Below, one piece after another: positions 21,577 to 31,199 of a DNA stretch of 64,000 nt. The stretch spans positions 2,376 through 66,375 of the forward strand of contig JBGRQE010000010.1 of NCBI GenBank assembly GCA_041725955.1. The letters run 5' to 3'. The translations under genes were made by a program, and so were the position numbers. Within the stretch, counting starts at the first letter, position 1. Each line of letters opens with the position of its first letter. A model generated the notes under the pieces. That model was given only the letters and a program-made list of their open reading frames with translations. It searched no databases and was not told the DNA's origin. The DNA comes from Bacteroidales bacterium (lineage in GTDB: Bacteria > Bacteroidota > Bacteroidia > Bacteroidales > JBGRPZ01).

Positions 21577-21582
21577 AGATAT

Positions 21583-23019
21583 CTATTGTTCGAATTTTTG
21601 TTGATTAAATGGTAAATATATTCTGAAAATACTGCCTTTTTTAGGTTCACTTTCCAGGCTAATACTTCCGTTATGTAGTTCAATAATAGCTTTTACATAG
21701 CTCAGTCCTAGTCCAAAACCTTTAAAGTTGTGAATGTTTCCAGTATGTACTCTGTAGAGTTTTTCGAATATCTTTTTTTGATTTGATTTACTTATACCTA
21801 TGCCATTATCTTTAAATTCAACAACAATACCATTTTGAAAGTCTCTTGTAGTGATAACTATCTCAGGACTATTAATGGTATATTTCATTGCATTATCAAT
21901 AATGTTAAAGAAGCTATTTGTTAGGTGTAAACGGTCTGCATTTCCTTTAATATGGGTTGCTTCAAGTTTTAAGCTTAATGAACCCGATTTTTCTTTTATT
22001 TGAAGAGCAAAGTGTTTTTCAGCTTCTTTTAATATTTCATGGATATCTATTGGTTCAAAATTTAGTTTTAATTGACCTTTCTCAATAATTGCAGTTTGCA
22101 GTACTTTTTCTACCATTTTCTGGAGTCGCTTGTTTTCATCAGAAATCATAGAAATATAAGTGGATGATAACTCGGGCGACATTTGCATGTCATCGTCATT
22201 AAAAGCTTGGCAAGCAAGTGATATTGTACTGATTGGTGTTTTTAGCTCATGGGTCATATTATTTATGAAATCGTTTTTCATGACCTCTATTTTCTTTTGT
22301 CGGAAAATTGTTTTTATACTCGATAAGAATGAGCCAATTATAATGAGTACCAAGACAATCGACACAGATAGCATCCCCCAAACTTTGAGAAAAACATATC
22401 TCTGTTCATTTGGAAAGTACACCAAAAGCTGGTCTGCATAAGGATAGTTAAAATATGCGTAAATAGGTGTTTTAAAGCTGAGTTTTGACAAAAGCTTATT
22501 GGGGTATTGTCCTGTTTTTTGAAACACCATTTTATCTCGCAATGAGCTATAAACTCCAAATTCATAGGGTGTGTGAATTCCTTTGCGATTTAATTCTTCA
22601 GAAATTATTGAATCAAGGACATTTATATTTAAGCGTTGTTCAACAGGAATGTATTGCGAATCAAAAAAAGACGATCCTCTTACAGGTTCTGAAAGTGCAA
22701 GTAATCTGGATAGAGTACCCACTTCATCTAAGGCTTTTATCCCTGAAATTTGCTCCATAAAATCAAGATAAATTGAGTCCATTTCACGCATTAACTTTTG
22801 ATCTTGATTGAGTTGTCTGTAATGACGTAAATAGTTTTTTGAAAGTTCCATCTCGTCCAAGCGTGTGCGTACACGGTTCATCATTTCATGAATGTCGCGT
22901 TTAAAGCCAGTTTGTTTAACAATCAGAGCATCTCTAATCCAATATACTTGAATGATCATTAACCCTATTAAGGCTAAAAACATAAATGCGACCAATAGAA
23001 ATGGAGTCTTTTTCTTCAT
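21583..23019 (-). CDS. Sensor histidine kinase (RprX-like)
   Basis: Two TM helices, H-box NMTHELKTP, N-box NIIDNAMKY, DNGIG, GFGLGL. Confidence 0.93.
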   Translation of the reverse strand: MKKKTPFLLVAFMFLALIGLMIIQVYWIRDALIVKQTGFKRDIHEMMNRVRTRLDEMELSKNYLRHYRQLNQDQKLMREMDSIYLDFMEQISGIKALDEVGTLSRLLALSEPVRGSSFFDSQYIPVEQRLNINVLDSIISEELNRKGIHTPYEFGVYSSLRDKMVFQKTGQYPNKLLSKLSFKTPIYAYFNYPYADQLLVYFPNEQRYVFLKVWGMLSVSIVLVLIIIGSFLSSIKTIFRQKKIEVMKNDFINNMTHELKTPISTISLACQAFNDDDMQMSPELSSTYISMISDENKRLQKMVEKVLQTAIIEKGQLKLNFEPIDIHEILKEAEKHFALQIKEKSGSLSLKLEATHIKGNADRLHLTNSFFNIIDNAMKYTINSPEIVITTRDFQNGIVVEFKDNGIGISKSNQKKIFEKLYRVHTGNIHNFKGFGLGLSYVKAIIELHNGSISLESEPKKGSIFRIYLPFNQQKFEQ

Positions 23020-23023
23020 GAGG

Positions 23024-23031
23024 CAAATTTA
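23024..23031 (-). promoter_or_regulatory. Bacteroidota -7 promoter box TAAATTTG, 4 nt upstream of the kinase ATG
   Basis: Matches the TAnnTTTG consensus on the minus strand. Confidence 0.5.
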
Positions 23032-23257
23032 CGTATAAAGAATATAATTTTATTAAATATAGTATGCTAAGAGTTTGATTTTAATAATTTTTAACATTCC
23101 TTATAGCAAAGGGTAGACTTACTTTTTTTCTGCTTTTATATCAAAGATACTAAAGATTTAGGGCTTTTATCGAACTAAAAGCATGTAAATTATGTTCTTG
23201 TTAATCACTGATTTGAGCGATGGATGCATTATCTTTTTACTTTAAAGTCATAATTTG

Positions 23258-23265
23258 TAAATTTG
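23258..23265 (+). promoter_or_regulatory. -7 promoter box TAAATTTG upstream of pgi
   Basis: Consensus match 38 nt upstream of the ATG. Confidence 0.45.
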
Positions 23266-23302
23266 TATTCCCAATTCTTACCTAATTTGAAATTAAATAG
23301 CA

Positions 23303-24649
23303 ATGAAGAATATACAACTGGATTTCTCTTATATTCATACCTCAGAAGAAGGAGAACAGTATAAACAAAATATAGAAAAAGCAGAAAAATGTTTAAATAT
23401 TCTGGAATCCCGTAAAGGAAAAGGAAACGATTTTCTTGGTTGGTTGGATTTACCAGATATTAAAAACACAAATGAATATAATCAAATTCTCTCCCAAGCA
23501 ACTCGTTTAAAGAATCTTTCTGAAGTTGCTGTTGTTATCGGTATTGGAGGAAGTTATCTTGGTGCAAGAGCAGTTATGGATGCTTTGAGCCATCAGTTTG
23601 CTTCTTTTTTAAATTTAAAAGATAGAAATTTCCCTACCTTATTATATGCTGGAAATAATATAAGTGGTTCCTACCTGAGAGAATTATTAGAGTTATTGGA
23701 TAAAAAGGATTACAGTTTGATTGTAATATCAAAATCTGGAACTACTACGGAGCCAGCAATAGCTTTTCGTATTTTAAAAAGACACTTAGAAGAAAAATAT
23801 GGTTTGGACGAAGCAGCCCTGCGCATTGCAGTGGTCACTGATAAAGCTAAAGGAGCTTTAAAGGAGCTTGCTGTAGAACAAGATTATCCTCAATTCATTG
23901 TTCCTGATGATGTTGGTGGGCGTTATTCTGTTTTAAGTCCTGTAGGACTATTGCCTATAGCCGTTGGAGGAGTAAATATCGATGAACTTATTCGAGGAGC
24001 AGAATCAATGCGGGAATTAATTTTCGGAGAAGACACTCTTGCAAAAGACAATCCTGTATTGCAATATGTAGCATTAAGAAATCTATTTTATCAGAGAGGT
24101 AAAAAGATTGAGATGATGGTTAATTATGAGCCATCTATGGCCATGTTTGCTGAGTGGTGGAAGCAGCTATTTGGTGAGTCAGAAGGAAAAGAAGGTAAAG
24201 GGATATTCCCTGCTTCAGTGAATTTCACGACCGATTTACATTCTTTGGGTCAGTATATCCAAGACGGAGAAAGAATTATGTTTGAAACTGTTTTATCTGT
24301 TGAGGATGATGATGAAGATTTGACTATTCCTAAGGCTTCAAATGATTTAGATCAATTGAATTATTTGGCAGGAAAAACCTTGGGCTTTGTCAATAAAATG
24401 GCCGAGAAAGGAACTTGCATGGCTCATAATAAAGGAGGAGTTGAAAATATATTGATTCGTATTCCAGAAAAATCAGAATACTATTTAGGTCAGTTGATTT
24501 ATTTCTTTGAGGTTGCTTGTGCTGTGAGCGGGTACTTTATAGATGTAAATCCTTTTGACCAGCCTGGAGTCGAAGACTATAAGAGAAATATGTTTGCTTT
24601 GCTGGGTAAAAAAGGTTTTGAAGACCTTGCAAAAGAATTAGAGAAGTAG
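23303..24649 (+). CDS. pgi: Glucose-6-phosphate isomerase
   Basis: IGIGGSYLG, ISKSGTTTEP, DDVGGRYSVL, WWKQLFGESEGK, FDQPGVEDYK. Confidence 0.97.
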   Translation: MKNIQLDFSYIHTSEEGEQYKQNIEKAEKCLNILESRKGKGNDFLGWLDLPDIKNTNEYNQILSQATRLKNLSEVAVVIGIGGSYLGARAVMDALSHQFASFLNLKDRNFPTLLYAGNNISGSYLRELLELLDKKDYSLIVISKSGTTTEPAIAFRILKRHLEEKYGLDEAALRIAVVTDKAKGALKELAVEQDYPQFIVPDDVGGRYSVLSPVGLLPIAVGGVNIDELIRGAESMRELIFGEDTLAKDNPVLQYVALRNLFYQRGKKIEMMVNYEPSMAMFAEWWKQLFGESEGKEGKGIFPASVNFTTDLHSLGQYIQDGERIMFETVLSVEDDDEDLTIPKASNDLDQLNYLAGKTLGFVNKMAEKGTCMAHNKGGVENILIRIPEKSEYYLGQLIYFFEVACAVSGYFIDVNPFDQPGVEDYKRNMFALLGKKGFEDLAKELEK

Positions 24650-24889
24650 GTAGTTTTTTGAGTTGAGTAGCGCCTTATGAATATTTTACTTCTATGCATA
24701 AGGCGTTGCTTTACTCTCAACGAAATTACAATTTGTAGAATGAATCCTATAATATAGGTTTCTGCGGATCTATAAATTTTTGGTTTAGATCTGGAGAATT
24801 ATTTATCGTCTTATTTATCTTGAGGTTTACGTCATAAATATGTAAACCTATCGCACATTGTAATTTCATATGCATAAATTAAAGTCAGG

Positions 24890-25330
24890 CTATTTTAACA
24901 TTTTTAATTTTTCAACAGCCATTGTAAGTATTTCTTCATGATCGAAAGCCAATTTTGGGTGGTTTTCTAATGGGAACCACTGAGCATTAGCTGCATCATC
25001 ACCAGCAGTTAATTTGTAATTCTTATTGTCGGTAGTACCAACATAAGCAGTGGTAATTATTCGATCTCTTGGGTCACGGTCTGGAGCAGAGAAAGTATAC
25101 ATTTGTTGAAGTAGGATGTCTTTTAGGCCTGTTTCTTCTTTCAGCTCTCTTGATGCTGCTTGTTCAAGTGTTTCATTGCTTTCAACAAATCCGCCAGGAA
25201 AAGCCCATTGTCCGCGATATGGAGGTCGTTCTCTTTCTACAAGTAAAAGTTTTATTGAATTTTCTTCTTTTAGAAAAACGATACAGTCGACAGCAACTGC
25301 AGGTCTTGGATAATCATAAGTATAAACCAT
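24890..25330 (-). CDS. NUDIX hydrolase
   Basis: Intact Nudix box GGFVESNETLEQAASRELKEETG, DRDPR, LAFDH. Confidence 0.9.
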   Translation of the reverse strand: MVYTYDYPRPAVAVDCIVFLKEENSIKLLLVERERPPYRGQWAFPGGFVESNETLEQAASRELKEETGLKDILLQQMYTFSAPDRDPRDRIITTAYVGTTDNKNYKLTAGDDAANAQWFPLENHPKLAFDHEEILTMAVEKLKMLK

Positions 25331-25629
25331 TGTAATCCCCTTTTTGAATAATGATTAAGTTGTAGAATTTCTTTTTTTGCTTTGTTAACAAAAAAAGGAA
25401 AGTAATCTTTTACTTAAAGAACTTTTTTGATTTTTAAAACGATATTTCTACAAAAATAATGCATATTTCATTTTAAATAAATAGAAATAGAATTATTTAT
25501 GTTTTCTTTAATCTACACCTTATATTATATTAATATTAGTGAAAATTCAGCATAAAGTATGCATTTACATAGTATATATGCGATGTTTTATAAAAACATA
25601 TGTTGTGCTTTTTTACAGATTGCTTGTTT

Positions 25630-26598
25630 TTATTTATTGTTTAGAAGAGGGTGGTAATCCCCTTGTAAACCAATAGGGTTCATGTTTCTTATTTGATGTA
25701 CCAAATGTATGCTTTTTGCAGCATCTTGAATTCGGAAACCTTTATTGGTAATTATTTTTTGATATGACTGTGTGTGCAAGTCGGTAAAGCCTCCTGAAAA
25801 TTCAATTTCCTTCCCATTTATAGTTATAGATCTATATGTTCTTTGCTGATTATCTCTAGCTATTTTAGGTAAATCGTTAGAGTCGATACTTAATATCCAT
25901 CGGACTCTAGCATTTTTCAACTCAATATATCCTGCAGCTTTATGCTGGCTGGAGTGGTGCATCTGTAAACTCTCTACTGGACCAAAAATATGCATAAGCA
26001 TATCAAAGAAGTGAATACCAATATTTGTTGCAACACCTCCAGATTTAGATTCATTGCCTTTCCAGCTTATATCATACCATTTTCCTCTGCTGGTGATATA
26101 TGAAAGATCTACTTCATACTTTTCCTTTAAGCCTTTATCTGAAGCTTTTTTTACTTCGTCTTTAATTTTGATTATTTCTGGATGTAGTCTTAACTGAAGA
26201 ATTGTAAATATTTCTTTTTCATATTCTTTTTCAATTTCAATTAAGCCATCCAGATTCCATGGGTTTAATACCAATGGTTTTTCGCAAATAGCATTTGCTT
26301 GATTTCTTAAGGCAAGGCGTATATGTGCATCATGCAGATAGTTGGGAGAGCATATGCTTACAAAATCTATTTTTTCTTCAGGTATTCTTGATTTCTTGTA
26401 TAAATGCCTGTCGAATCTCTCTGGTTCAAGAAAAAATGAAGCTTGCGGAAAGAAAGAATCAATAATTCCAACACTATCAAATGGATCTAGAGCTGCTGTT
26501 AGTATATTGTTTGTTTCTTTTATCGCTTTCATGTGGCGTGGGGCAATATAGCCTGCAGCACCTATTAACGCAAAATTGAGAGATTCTTTTGGTTTCAT
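25630..26598 (-). CDS. Gfo/Idh/MocA oxidoreductase, WbpB/WlbA-like (UDP-GlcNAcA 3-dehydrogenase type)
   Basis: FALIGAAGYIAPRH, ICSPNYLHDAH, CEKP, SGGVATNIGIHFFD, FSGGFTDLH. Confidence 0.85.
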   Translation of the reverse strand: MKPKESLNFALIGAAGYIAPRHMKAIKETNNILTAALDPFDSVGIIDSFFPQASFFLEPERFDRHLYKKSRIPEEKIDFVSICSPNYLHDAHIRLALRNQANAICEKPLVLNPWNLDGLIEIEKEYEKEIFTILQLRLHPEIIKIKDEVKKASDKGLKEKYEVDLSYITSRGKWYDISWKGNESKSGGVATNIGIHFFDMLMHIFGPVESLQMHHSSQHKAAGYIELKNARVRWILSIDSNDLPKIARDNQQRTYRSITINGKEIEFSGGFTDLHTQSYQKIITNKGFRIQDAAKSIHLVHQIRNMNPIGLQGDYHPLLNNK

Positions 26599-26685
26599 AC
26601 CTTTTATGATTTGATATGCAAAGATAGAAGAAAATTGATTTGTGGTTTTTAAATCCAGGTATGAGCTATTATAAGGATATTAGAT

Positions 26686-26716
26686 TACCAGGTAGAATTT
26701 TTAATTCTACCTGGTA
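26686..26716 (-). terminator. Terminator after prfB
   Basis: Perfect 14-bp stem taccaggtagaatt / aattctacctggta. Confidence 0.7.
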
Positions 26717-26729
26717 TATGATATTGAGA

Positions 26730-27819
26730 TTAATCTCCTCCAAATTCCATAAGATAAGACTTTATAAAATCATTCAGATCACCATCCATAACAGCTTGTA
26801 CGTTTGATGATTCAAAATTGGTTCTTAAGTCTTTGACCATTTTATAGGGGTGCATTACATAAGATCGTATTTGAGAACCCCATTCAATTTTTTTCTTACC
26901 ACTTTCGATTACTGCAGTAGCTTCATTGCGTTTACGCATTTCTATTTCATAGAGTTGCGACTTTAGCATTTGCATTGCTTTTTCACGATTCTGCAGTTGC
27001 GAACGAGTTTCCTGACATTCGATTACCAAACCAGAGGGAGCATGACGAAGACGAACAGCAGTTTCTACTTTATTTACATTTTGTCCTCCAGGGCCACTCG
27101 AACGGAAAGTATCCCAACTAATTTCAGAAGGGCTAACTATAATTTCAATGTTGTCGTCAACCACTGGATATGTATAGACAGATGCAAATGATGTATGGCG
27201 TCGATTTGCTGAGTCAAAAGGCGATAATCGTACCAATCTGTGTACTCCATTTTCACCCTTTAAGTATCCAAAGGCAAAATCACCATCAAATTCTAAAGAG
27301 CATGATTTAATTCCTGCAACATCACCTTCCTGTACATCGAGTATTTTTGTTTTCAGATTATTACGCTCACCATATCGTATATACATACGCATTAGCATTT
27401 GAGCCCAATCCTGACTTTCAGTACCTCCAGCACCAGAATTTATATTAATGATACATCCAAGGCGATCTTCTTCAGCTCCTAGCATGTTTAAGAATTCAAG
27501 TTCTTCAACATTTTTTGTTACTAATTCGAATTGAGCATCTAAATCTTCTTGAGTTCCTTCGCCCATTTCAAAAAATTCTATCATAACATTTAGGTCGTCA
27601 TAAGAAGCAGTTGCTTTATCGTATAATTCGGTCCATTGTTTTTTGTCTCGAATTTGCTTTAAAACAGATTCTGCATTTTTGGGATCGTCCCAGAAGTTAG
27701 GATCTTGAGTTTTTTCTTCTTCTTCACTTATTTCCATCAACTTTCTGTCGATGTCAAAGATACCTCCTCAAGGCTTCTTGCCTTTTTCCTAGTTCTTTTA
27801 CTTGATCTTGAGTAAACAT
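26730..27819 (-). CDS. prfB: Peptide chain release factor 2, translated via a programmed +1 frameshift (~362 aa)
   Basis: Frame 0 from ATG 27819 gives MFTQDQVKELGKRQEALRRYL then TGA. CTT-TGA-C lies at 27759-27753, and the +1 frame joins the listed ORF. SPF and GGQ motifs are present. Confidence 0.97.
27753..27768 (-). promoter_or_regulatory. prfB recoding site: internal SD AGGAGG plus slippery CTTTGAC
   Basis: Minus strand reads AGGAGG-TAT-CTT-TGA-C. Confidence 0.95.
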
Positions 27820-27849
27820 TTCTAAGTTATTTGTTTGAATATTTATGCG

Positions 27850-27857
27850 CAAAGTTA
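27850..27857 (-). promoter_or_regulatory. -7 promoter box TAACTTTG upstream of prfB
   Basis: Consensus match about 30 nt upstream of ATG 27819. Confidence 0.5.
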
Positions 27858-28310
27858 AACCAAATCTTCCATATCCAATGTTTTCCAAATGATATCCATC
27901 TCAAAGCCTTTAGAATGTAGCCAAGCTGCAACTTTTTGTTTGCGTTGAAATTCATTTTCTGCTTTTACAGTTTTCTTTTGAATCAAATTTAGAACAGTTT
28001 GTAAATAATCTTCTTCATTGATTTCATTCAAGGCTTGTTCGGCAATTTCTTTGTCAATGCCTTTTTGTTTAAGCATTACGAATATCTTCTTCTTGCCCCA
28101 TTTGTTATAAGTAAATTTGCTTCGTACATAAGAATTTGCAAAGCGCTGGTCATCAATAAATTTTTCATCAATCAGTTGATTTATTATTGAATCTATATCG
28201 TTAGGGAAGGCTCCCCAATTTACTAGTTTTTCTTTTATATCATTTGAGCATCTTTCTTGGTAGGCACAGTATTTCATTGCTTTTGCAAGTAGCTTTTTGT
28301 TGTTATCCAT
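27855..28310 (-). CDS. recX: Regulatory protein RecX
   Basis: KYCAYQERC, FIDDQRFANSYVRSK, KWGKKKI, LKQKG, KGFE. Confidence 0.9.
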   Translation of the reverse strand: MDNNKKLLAKAMKYCAYQERCSNDIKEKLVNWGAFPNDIDSIINQLIDEKFIDDQRFANSYVRSKFTYNKWGKKKIFVMLKQKGIDKEIAEQALNEINEEDYLQTVLNLIQKKTVKAENEFQRKQKVAAWLHSKGFEMDIIWKTLDMEDLV

Positions 28311-28313
28311 TTG

Positions 28314-28350
28314 TTTCGTATTTCGTTGATTCGTATTTTGTTGATTCGTG
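28314..28350. repeat. Tandem 15-nt units ATTT(C/T)GTTGATTCGT
   Basis: Units at 28320-28334 and 28335-28349. The same motif recurs at 45881-45924. Confidence 0.6.
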
Positions 28351-28713
28351 TATTGTGTTTTGGATTTTGACCTTCCTTAAATATGGTCGACAGAAAAGTA
28401 CGAATAAATATTTTTCTAAATTTTATTTTTAAGATTACTTATCAACGATAAACAAAAAAGAGACCCTGATGTAAATTCTGTCTCCATTTCATGTTCAATA
28501 TAACAAAGGAAACATTTTGTGTTTTACATATCGAGCTATTTAAATGGCATACTAATTTAACGGAGTTTCACTATATTGAACTTACGTTAAATAATTATTT
28601 TTCTCGATTTATTTTATACCCTATTTGAAAAATGTCAGGTAGAGTATCCTTTCAATTACTTCAATGTAAAAATATTGTAAATTCGGCCTCGATTTAATAA
28701 GAGTTTACGATTT

Positions 28714-29628
28714 ATGAAACGATTAATTTCTCCTTTTTTAAAGGACAAGCCACAGTTTCTACAGTTTTTGGTTTTCTTATTTTTTGCTGTAGGATTTGTG
28801 CTTATTTTTATGGCTTTAGGAGCTGTAGTTACAACTGTTTTAGGTATTGATGCGGGACTAGATGGAGGAACTCCTGGACCCGAGCATAGAGCGGGTTTAA
28901 TTATTTTCCAGTTGGCAAGTCAACTCGGTTTATTTATTGCTCCAGTCCTTTTATTTGCTGTTTTTGTATCAGAATCTCCACGAAAGTATTTAGGTTTAAA
29001 GAAACCTACTCACTTGAGTAAGATTGGTATTGCTGTTATTACAATGATTGTAAGTTTACCATTAATTGGATGGTTAGGTGGAATAAATTCGCAAATGCAT
29101 TTGCCAGAATCGATGTCTGGAATTGAGGAATGGATGCGTAATAGTGAAGAGTCGGCAGCCAAGACCATTAATATGATTTTAAATGTAAAGACCTTTGGTG
29201 CTTTTCTAGTAAATTTATTAATTGTTGCTATTATTCCTGGGATTGGCGAAGAGTTAGTTTTCCGTGGAATTATCCAAAAGATGCTACTTAAGTGGAGTAA
29301 GAACACCCATTTGGCAGTGTGGTTAACCGCTATTGTATTCAGTGCAATTCATATGCAGTTTTTCGGATTTCTTCCCCGATTATTTTTAGGAGCTATTTTG
29401 GGGTATATATTTGTTTACTCAGGTTCTTTATGGGTATCCATGTTATGTCACTTTTTTAATAATGCATTGGTTGTTGTGGTCATTTATTTCTCTAATGTAA
29501 GAGGAGTTGAAGACCCCGCAAAAAGTGCAGAGATTGATTTTAACAATTATGTTGTTGTTATTAGTGTATTTGTAATCATCTTTTTATTAAGATATTTAAA
29601 GAAAGGGAGTGTGCCTGGAAGGAAGTAA
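28714..29628 (+). CDS. CPBP (CAAX/Abi) intramembrane glutamic endopeptidase
   Basis: GIGEELVFRG, FSAIH, HFFNN motifs; multiple TM helices. Confidence 0.9.
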   Translation: MKRLISPFLKDKPQFLQFLVFLFFAVGFVLIFMALGAVVTTVLGIDAGLDGGTPGPEHRAGLIIFQLASQLGLFIAPVLLFAVFVSESPRKYLGLKKPTHLSKIGIAVITMIVSLPLIGWLGGINSQMHLPESMSGIEEWMRNSEESAAKTINMILNVKTFGAFLVNLLIVAIIPGIGEELVFRGIIQKMLLKWSKNTHLAVWLTAIVFSAIHMQFFGFLPRLFLGAILGYIFVYSGSLWVSMLCHFFNNALVVVVIYFSNVRGVEDPAKSAEIDFNNYVVVISVFVIIFLLRYLKKGSVPGRK

Positions 29629-29643
29629 TATTTACACTTACAA

Positions 29644-29675
29644 AAAAAAGGGAGTGATTTTTCACTCCCTTTTTT
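29644..29675. terminator. Bidirectional terminator
   Basis: aaaaaagggagtga-tttt-tcactccctttttt between convergent genes. Confidence 0.8.
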
Positions 29676-29696
29676 GGTTATATATAAAAAGATAAA

Positions 29697-30170
29697 TTAT
29701 TTCTTTTTACTATCCTCCTTTTTACGAGTAGAGTAATTGATTTTCAAAGCATTTACTTTACGTAATTCTTGCTTAATATCAGTTACAACGCCCATTTTTG
29801 TTTCACTATGTACTTTCAATGAAGTGGTTAGAAGTTTACGATCTGCCTCATCGCGAGAAAGTCTTTCTTGCTCAACGAATTCTGGAATATCTTTAACATC
29901 TGCATATACATCATTTAACTGAATACGAGATTCAGTACCATACTGAATTGTGTTGGTTGGAGGTCCAACATATATAAATGATACCAAAGACTTACGCTCT
30001 AGTTTTTGAACTTCAGTAGCTTCAGGTGCTTTGATTTTTACTTTCAAAGTAACCTCACGCATTACGGTAGTAACCATAAAGAAGAATAAGAGCATATAGA
30101 TGATATCAGGCAAAGACGAGGTACTAATTGCTGGTACCGATGTGTCTTTTTTGTCTTTAAACTTACTCAT
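29697..30170 (-). CDS. exbD: Biopolymer transporter ExbD
   Basis: STSSLPDIIYMLLFFFMVTT, MGVVTDIKQELRK. Confidence 0.9.
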   Translation of the reverse strand: MSKFKDKKDTSVPAISTSSLPDIIYMLLFFFMVTTVMREVTLKVKIKAPEATEVQKLERKSLVSFIYVGPPTNTIQYGTESRIQLNDVYADVKDIPEFVEQERLSRDEADRKLLTTSLKVHSETKMGVVTDIKQELRKVNALKINYSTRKKEDSKKK

Positions 30171-30171
30171 C

Positions 30172-30750
30172 TTAGTTTCCTCCTATATTTTCAGGTTCAG
30201 CCTCTGAAATTCTCATTGGATAAGCTTTGTTTATAGCTTTGATCTTGTCCTCTTCGGTAAGTTTTTCATAGCTAACACCAAATCTTTCCTTTGAAAGTTC
30301 GTCTCTAAGTTCATTAACCGCTGCAGCCAATTCGTTCTGAACAGAAATGTACATCTCGTAAGAAGTACCACGGTCATTCTTTAGAGAAACTACGGCATTT
30401 TTAGTAACATATATATCTCCTAACGGTCCAATATTCTCAACCTTAGTTTCAGGATATGCTTCATTTCCTGGATGAGGTGTAAAGAAATCTTTCGCTTCCG
30501 CTCTGAGGTTCGAAATATCGGCAGCTTTTCCTTCAACAGCCAACATATCTGAACTATTCACAAGAACTTTCAGAATGTTTCGCTGGTTTACGTCTGTTTC
30601 TTCCTGATTCTTTTCTACTGGTGGAGGTAGCTTTCTAGAGATACCTGTATCCACATCCATAGTTGTTGTTACCAAGAAGAAGATCAAAAGCAAGAAAGCA
30701 ATGTCGGCATTCGAACTCGCATTAATTTCTGGTGTTGGTCTTCTAGGCAT
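30172..30750 (-). CDS. exbD: Biopolymer transporter ExbD (second paralogue)
   Basis: NASSNADIAFLLLIFFLVTTTM, NDRGTSYEMYI, ISEAEP. Confidence 0.9.
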   Translation of the reverse strand: MPRRPTPEINASSNADIAFLLLIFFLVTTTMDVDTGISRKLPPPVEKNQEETDVNQRNILKVLVNSSDMLAVEGKAADISNLRAEAKDFFTPHPGNEAYPETKVENIGPLGDIYVTKNAVVSLKNDRGTSYEMYISVQNELAAAVNELRDELSKERFGVSYEKLTEEDKIKAINKAYPMRISEAEPENIGGN

Positions 30751-30756
30751 AAGAAG

Positions 30757-31191
30757 TTATTTAAAGATTCTCATTATATTGGTAACGACAATTGAAAGAA
30801 TAGCTATACCTAATGCAAAATAGGTTAAGATAATTCCAGTGCCGACCCATTTACTGTCTCCTGCGGTTAATTTATATTCAGTAACCTGCTTAGCAGTCAA
30901 AGAATCACCAGCCAATGCGTACGCAATAATAACAAGTACAATAAGTCCAGCAATTCCAATTAAAGTGGTCATTGCTCCTTTAGGATTGGAAATAAGGTTT
31001 CCTACTGATCCTAAAATTGCTACAACAGCGGTTACAGCTATCAAGATATAGCCATAGATTAAGATTGTATCGAATATAGAATTGTTGTTGTCATCAAGGT
31101 TGCTGAATAAGTAAACAACTCCGATAACGACAGACACTCCTAGCAAAAGATACAATAGATATTGTGGTATTTTTGATAATTTGTCGTTCAT
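30757..31191 (-). CDS. Three-TM hypothetical protein of the Bacteroidota exbB-exbD cluster
   Basis: Three hydrophobic helices; located between exbB and exbD. Confidence 0.7.
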   Translation of the reverse strand: MNDKLSKIPQYLLYLLLGVSVVIGVVYLFSNLDDNNNSIFDTILIYGYILIAVTAVVAILGSVGNLISNPKGAMTTLIGIAGLIVLVIIAYALAGDSLTAKQVTEYKLTAGDSKWVGTGIILTYFALGIAILSIVVTNIMRIFK

Positions 31192-31199
31192 AATGTCAA

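Noticed and set aside
28320-28349. Possible CRISPR array
   Set aside because: Only two adjacent 15-nt units, no spacers and no cas genes.
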